This document shows, piece after piece, positions 60,963 through 64,000 of a stretch of 64,000 bases of DNA (the stretch's first letter is position 1; every line of letters starts with the position of its first letter). Position numbers and translations under genes: made by a program. Source of the DNA: Chloroflexota bacterium (lineage in GTDB: Bacteria > Chloroflexota > UBA11872 > VXOZ01); NCBI GenBank assembly GCA_963662335.2, contig CAXXVD010000001.1:352001-416000 (forward strand), given 5' to 3'. The notes beneath the pieces are model-generated. The model ran no database searches. It saw only the letters and a list, made by a program, of their open reading frames with translations, and had not been told where the DNA came from.

Positions 60963-63140
60963 ATGAGGTTGATGAAAACTAGGTCAAGCGGAAGGAACCT
61001 GTTGGCGGCCGGCGCGCTGGCGCTGCTGCTGGGCGGTCTTGGCGTCAGCGGCTGCGCGGACGCGGACACTGCGCCCCCCGCCGCCGCGCCGGCCCAAACC
61101 CGGTCTGCTGCCGCTACGGACGACGCGTCCCGGCAACCCGCCGCCGCGCCCACGGTGACCGCTCCCTGCGCGGCCGATGGCGAGTGCGCCCTGCGCGACG
61201 TGAGCGCTCTCCACCTCTTCTCCTTTGAAGACGGCGGCGCGCGTTCCCCGTCGGTTGAAATCCCCAGCGTGGAGGACGTGCTGGAAAAAGGCCTGCGCTT
61301 GGCGGAAGCCTCACCTGTTCACATTGCCGTCCGCGGCCGGGCCGCCGCCAACTCCGTGCGCTGCGAGTGGCGCGGCATCGCCCGCACCCTACAACAACGG
61401 GCAAACGCCGTGCGCTTCTGGCTCGGCCTGAGCACGAGCGACACGCTCCCCGCCGCGCCCCACCTCGAAACTCTCTTCAAAGTAACCTTCGATACCGTGA
61501 AGCCCGCCTATCGGGAGACCGCTACCTCCAACTTCCTCGCCATCGCCCGCGGCGGCCTCTCGGAAGAGTACCTCTTCCTCACCTGCTACGCCGACTTCAC
61601 CATCCGGGAATACGTGCTCGGCGCAGGGCCTTCCACCATCACCGTCGCCTACGACCGCATGGGCGAGGTCCACTCCTACGAGTTGTACCGCAAGGAACAC
61701 GCGGCGGGCACGTTCGGCACGGCGGCGCTCCGATCCCGTGACGCCCACGCCACGGCCATGTTCACCCTGGTCGCGCAAGCCGAGCGGTCGCTGCGAAGCA
61801 GTATCGGCGGCAAGCAGATCGTGGTCTTCCTGGCCCCCATGGGCGCGCACAACGCAATCGCCGTCGAGGCCTGGCAGGCGATCGACCAGTGGGACGTGCA
61901 GTTGGTGAACGGCACGCTGAACGCGGTGCGCTTCGGGGCCTATCCCGGCGACCCGGAGCACTCCCAATCCCTGCACAACCTGCGCAACCGCGTCACCAGC
62001 GCGGCGAGTAAGGACGCCTTTGCCGGCAAGCGCATCAGCAACGTCAGCGGACTGCGCAAGTACTATACCGACATCGGCGCGTACGGCGACATCACCCCCG
62101 ACGACGGCAAGACCGATACGTTCACCCCCAGCCAGCCGCCGCCCGTCCTGCCCTGCGAGAACGGCGCCGCCGTCCCCAATCCCAGCGCCAATCCCGGCCT
62201 GGTCTTCGACTGCCGCACGCTGCTGGGGCTGAAATCTACCCTGGCCGGCTCCGCTACCCTGAACTGGAGCGGCAGCACGGCTATCACCGCGTGGGACGGC
62301 GTGCTGGTCGGCGGCTCGCCGCAGCGGGTCAACCGCCTCTCACTGAACGGCAAGCAACTGAACGGCCGCATCCCCCCTGAACTCGCCAACCTGACCAAAC
62401 TCCACTTCCTCTACCTGCAAAACAACCGCCTGCGCGGTTCAATCCCGCCGGAACTGGGCGATATGGCCGAACTCCAACACCTCTACCTGAACCAAAACTG
62501 GCTCACCGGCGCGATCCCCGCCGAACTCGGCAACCTGGCCAATCTCACGCGCCTCTTCCTGGACCGCAATCAACTCTCCGGCGCGATCCCCGCCGAACTC
62601 GGCAGCATGGCCAAACTCCATCAACTCTACCTCAATCACAACCGCCTGACCGGCGCCATTCCCAAAGAACTCGGCAACCTCTCGAAACTCTGGTACCTCT
62701 ACCTGGAACACAACGAACTGACCGGCAGCATTCCCAAGGAACTCGGCAAACTGTCCATCCTCACGCGGATGGACATCTACGACAACCAATTGAGCGGCGC
62801 CATCCCCAAAGAACTCGGCAGCTTGACCTTGGTCACCCGCCTGGACCTGAGCAAGAATAAACTCACCGGCGCCATCCCCCCTGAACTGGGCAATATGGCC
62901 AAACTGGAGTTCCTCTACCTGCACTGCAACGTGCTGACCAGCACAATCCCCGCCGCGCTGGGCAACATCACGACCCTGCGGGAACTCTACCTGCTGGGCA
63001 ACACCATCACCGGCGACGTGCCCGCGAGCCTGTCCGGCGTTGACGTGCGCACGGGCGCGTCGTCGGTCTGCACCTCGGTCTCCCCAACACCGACGCCGTT
63101 CCCCACCCCAACCCCAACCGCAACGCCCGCCTCCGGCTGA
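60963..63140 (+). CDS. Lipoprotein with ten plant-type 24-aa leucine-rich repeats
   Basis: VSGC lipobox; LRR N-cap DC..LL..K..L.G...LNW...W.GV; LxxLxLxxNxLxGxIPxELG repeats. Confidence 0.9.
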   Translation: MRLMKTRSSGRNLLAAGALALLLGGLGVSGCADADTAPPAAAPAQTRSAAATDDASRQPAAAPTVTAPCAADGECALRDVSALHLFSFEDGGARSPSVEIPSVEDVLEKGLRLAEASPVHIAVRGRAAANSVRCEWRGIARTLQQRANAVRFWLGLSTSDTLPAAPHLETLFKVTFDTVKPAYRETATSNFLAIARGGLSEEYLFLTCYADFTIREYVLGAGPSTITVAYDRMGEVHSYELYRKEHAAGTFGTAALRSRDAHATAMFTLVAQAERSLRSSIGGKQIVVFLAPMGAHNAIAVEAWQAIDQWDVQLVNGTLNAVRFGAYPGDPEHSQSLHNLRNRVTSAASKDAFAGKRISNVSGLRKYYTDIGAYGDITPDDGKTDTFTPSQPPPVLPCENGAAVPNPSANPGLVFDCRTLLGLKSTLAGSATLNWSGSTAITAWDGVLVGGSPQRVNRLSLNGKQLNGRIPPELANLTKLHFLYLQNNRLRGSIPPELGDMAELQHLYLNQNWLTGAIPAELGNLANLTRLFLDRNQLSGAIPAELGSMAKLHQLYLNHNRLTGAIPKELGNLSKLWYLYLEHNELTGSIPKELGKLSILTRMDIYDNQLSGAIPKELGSLTLVTRLDLSKNKLTGAIPPELGNMAKLEFLYLHCNVLTSTIPAALGNITTLRELYLLGNTITGDVPASLSGVDVRTGASSVCTSVSPTPTPFPTPTPTATPASG

Positions 63141-63168
63141 ACCGCGGCCTAATCAACTGCTCGTGCGC

Positions 63169-64000
63169 TTGGAGACCAACGTCATGGTCACTCCCACCGC
63201 CCAGACCAGCATCACCGTCAGTTGGGATACGAACAACAAGGTCACTGCTTACAAGCTGGAGCGCGCCATTGCCGTCACCCCCACGGCCACGCCCGCGTGG
63301 ACGCAAGTTGCCGTCGTCACCCCAGCCCCGAGCTCCACGACCACAAGCTACCCGGATCCTAGCCGGAGTTGCGGCACGGCCTACCTCTACCGCGTCAGCG
63401 CCATCGGCGACGGCACAGACTACAGTAAGTTCGAATACGGCGACCCGTCACAACCGGAAACGGCCAGCACTGACTTCTATTGCGTTCCGCAGAGCCTCAC
63501 TGTCATCCCGCTGCCACAACGAAAAGCGCAGATCGCCTGGAATCCAGTCGCCGGCGCTACCGGCTACGCCATCCAGGTCATGAAGCGGGGCGGGGTCTGG
63601 TCGCCTCCCACTCCAGTAGCCGATACTTCCAAAGACATCGAGTTGGACAGCATTCTCGCTGGTGAAGGCCTCGCTCACGCCGACGCCTTTCACTTCCGCG
63701 TGCAGGCGGTGTTCCCCACTCCAACTCCGATTAGCGCCTTCAGCAAGACGATCACCGTTATAGACAGTCCCATTGTCAGGGTCAACGGCCACAGCCCCAC
63801 TTCGACGCCGATAGCGAAGGCCGTTGTCACGTGGAAGCCGCCTGTCGCGGCTACGGCATACTACGTGCGCTCGCGGAAACTCAGTGTTGGGCAAGACCAT
63901 ACGGCCAAGGAGTGGCAGCTGGACGGAGACTCATTCTCAATAGGCGAATTTGCGCCTGGCAGCCCCACGCCCGTGCCCTCTCCGGTCCCCACTCCCGTTC
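63169..64000 (+). CDS. Partial ORF (runs off the window): signal-less paralog of the C-terminal third of the giant FN3 protein
   Basis: [65 protein letters not shown] aligns with 57620-58420. Confidence 0.8.
   Translation, partial: METNVMVTPTAQTSITVSWDTNNKVTAYKLERAIAVTPTATPAWTQVAVVTPAPSSTTTSYPDPSRSCGTAYLYRVSAIGDGTDYSKFEYGDPSQPETASTDFYCVPQSLTVIPLPQRKAQIAWNPVAGATGYAIQVMKRGGVWSPPTPVADTSKDIELDSILAGEGLAHADAFHFRVQAVFPTPTPISAFSKTITVIDSPIVRVNGHSPTSTPIAKAVVTWKPPVAATAYYVRSRKLSVGQDHTAKEWQLDGDSFSIGEFAPGSPTPVPSPVPTPV

Noticed and set aside
62329-63030. Diversity-generating retroelement acting on the LRR or FN3 repeats
   Set aside because: No reverse transcriptase is present and no adenine-specific TR/VR pair was noticed

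Overview
GC-rich bacterial chromosomal window. Gene style and eukaryote-like surface proteins suggest a Chloroflexota-like, possibly sponge-associated organism (inference only). It is mostly housekeeping and metabolic: mutS, rho, rnhA, tmRNA, tRNA-Leu(GAG), tldD/pmbA, degV, Sec-containing selD, cysteine desulfurase, ribD-ribE-ribBA-ribH, clpP/clpX and trxB. Intergenic DNA is full of several REP-like hairpin families, and there is one complete IS30 element. Main leads: (1) A candidate polymorphic surface-protease locus at the right end: a giant FN3-stalk protein with a metzincin tip, a beta-propeller lipoprotein, a plant-type LRR lipoprotein, and an orphan C-terminal cassette sharing exact DNA blocks with the stalk. 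(2) An IscA/HesB protein that appears to end in a C-terminal selenocysteine (AG-UGA-GGG-stop) with a SECIS-like hairpin. (3) A 163-bp IS4-like MITE that inserts into REP hairpins (11-bp target duplication), carries its own target and nests in itself. (4) An IS30 sitting in a REP that supplies its stop codon. (5) An unannotated small membrane protein with a divergent hairpin RNA next to the tmRNA 3' end. All calls were made by eye with no database searches.
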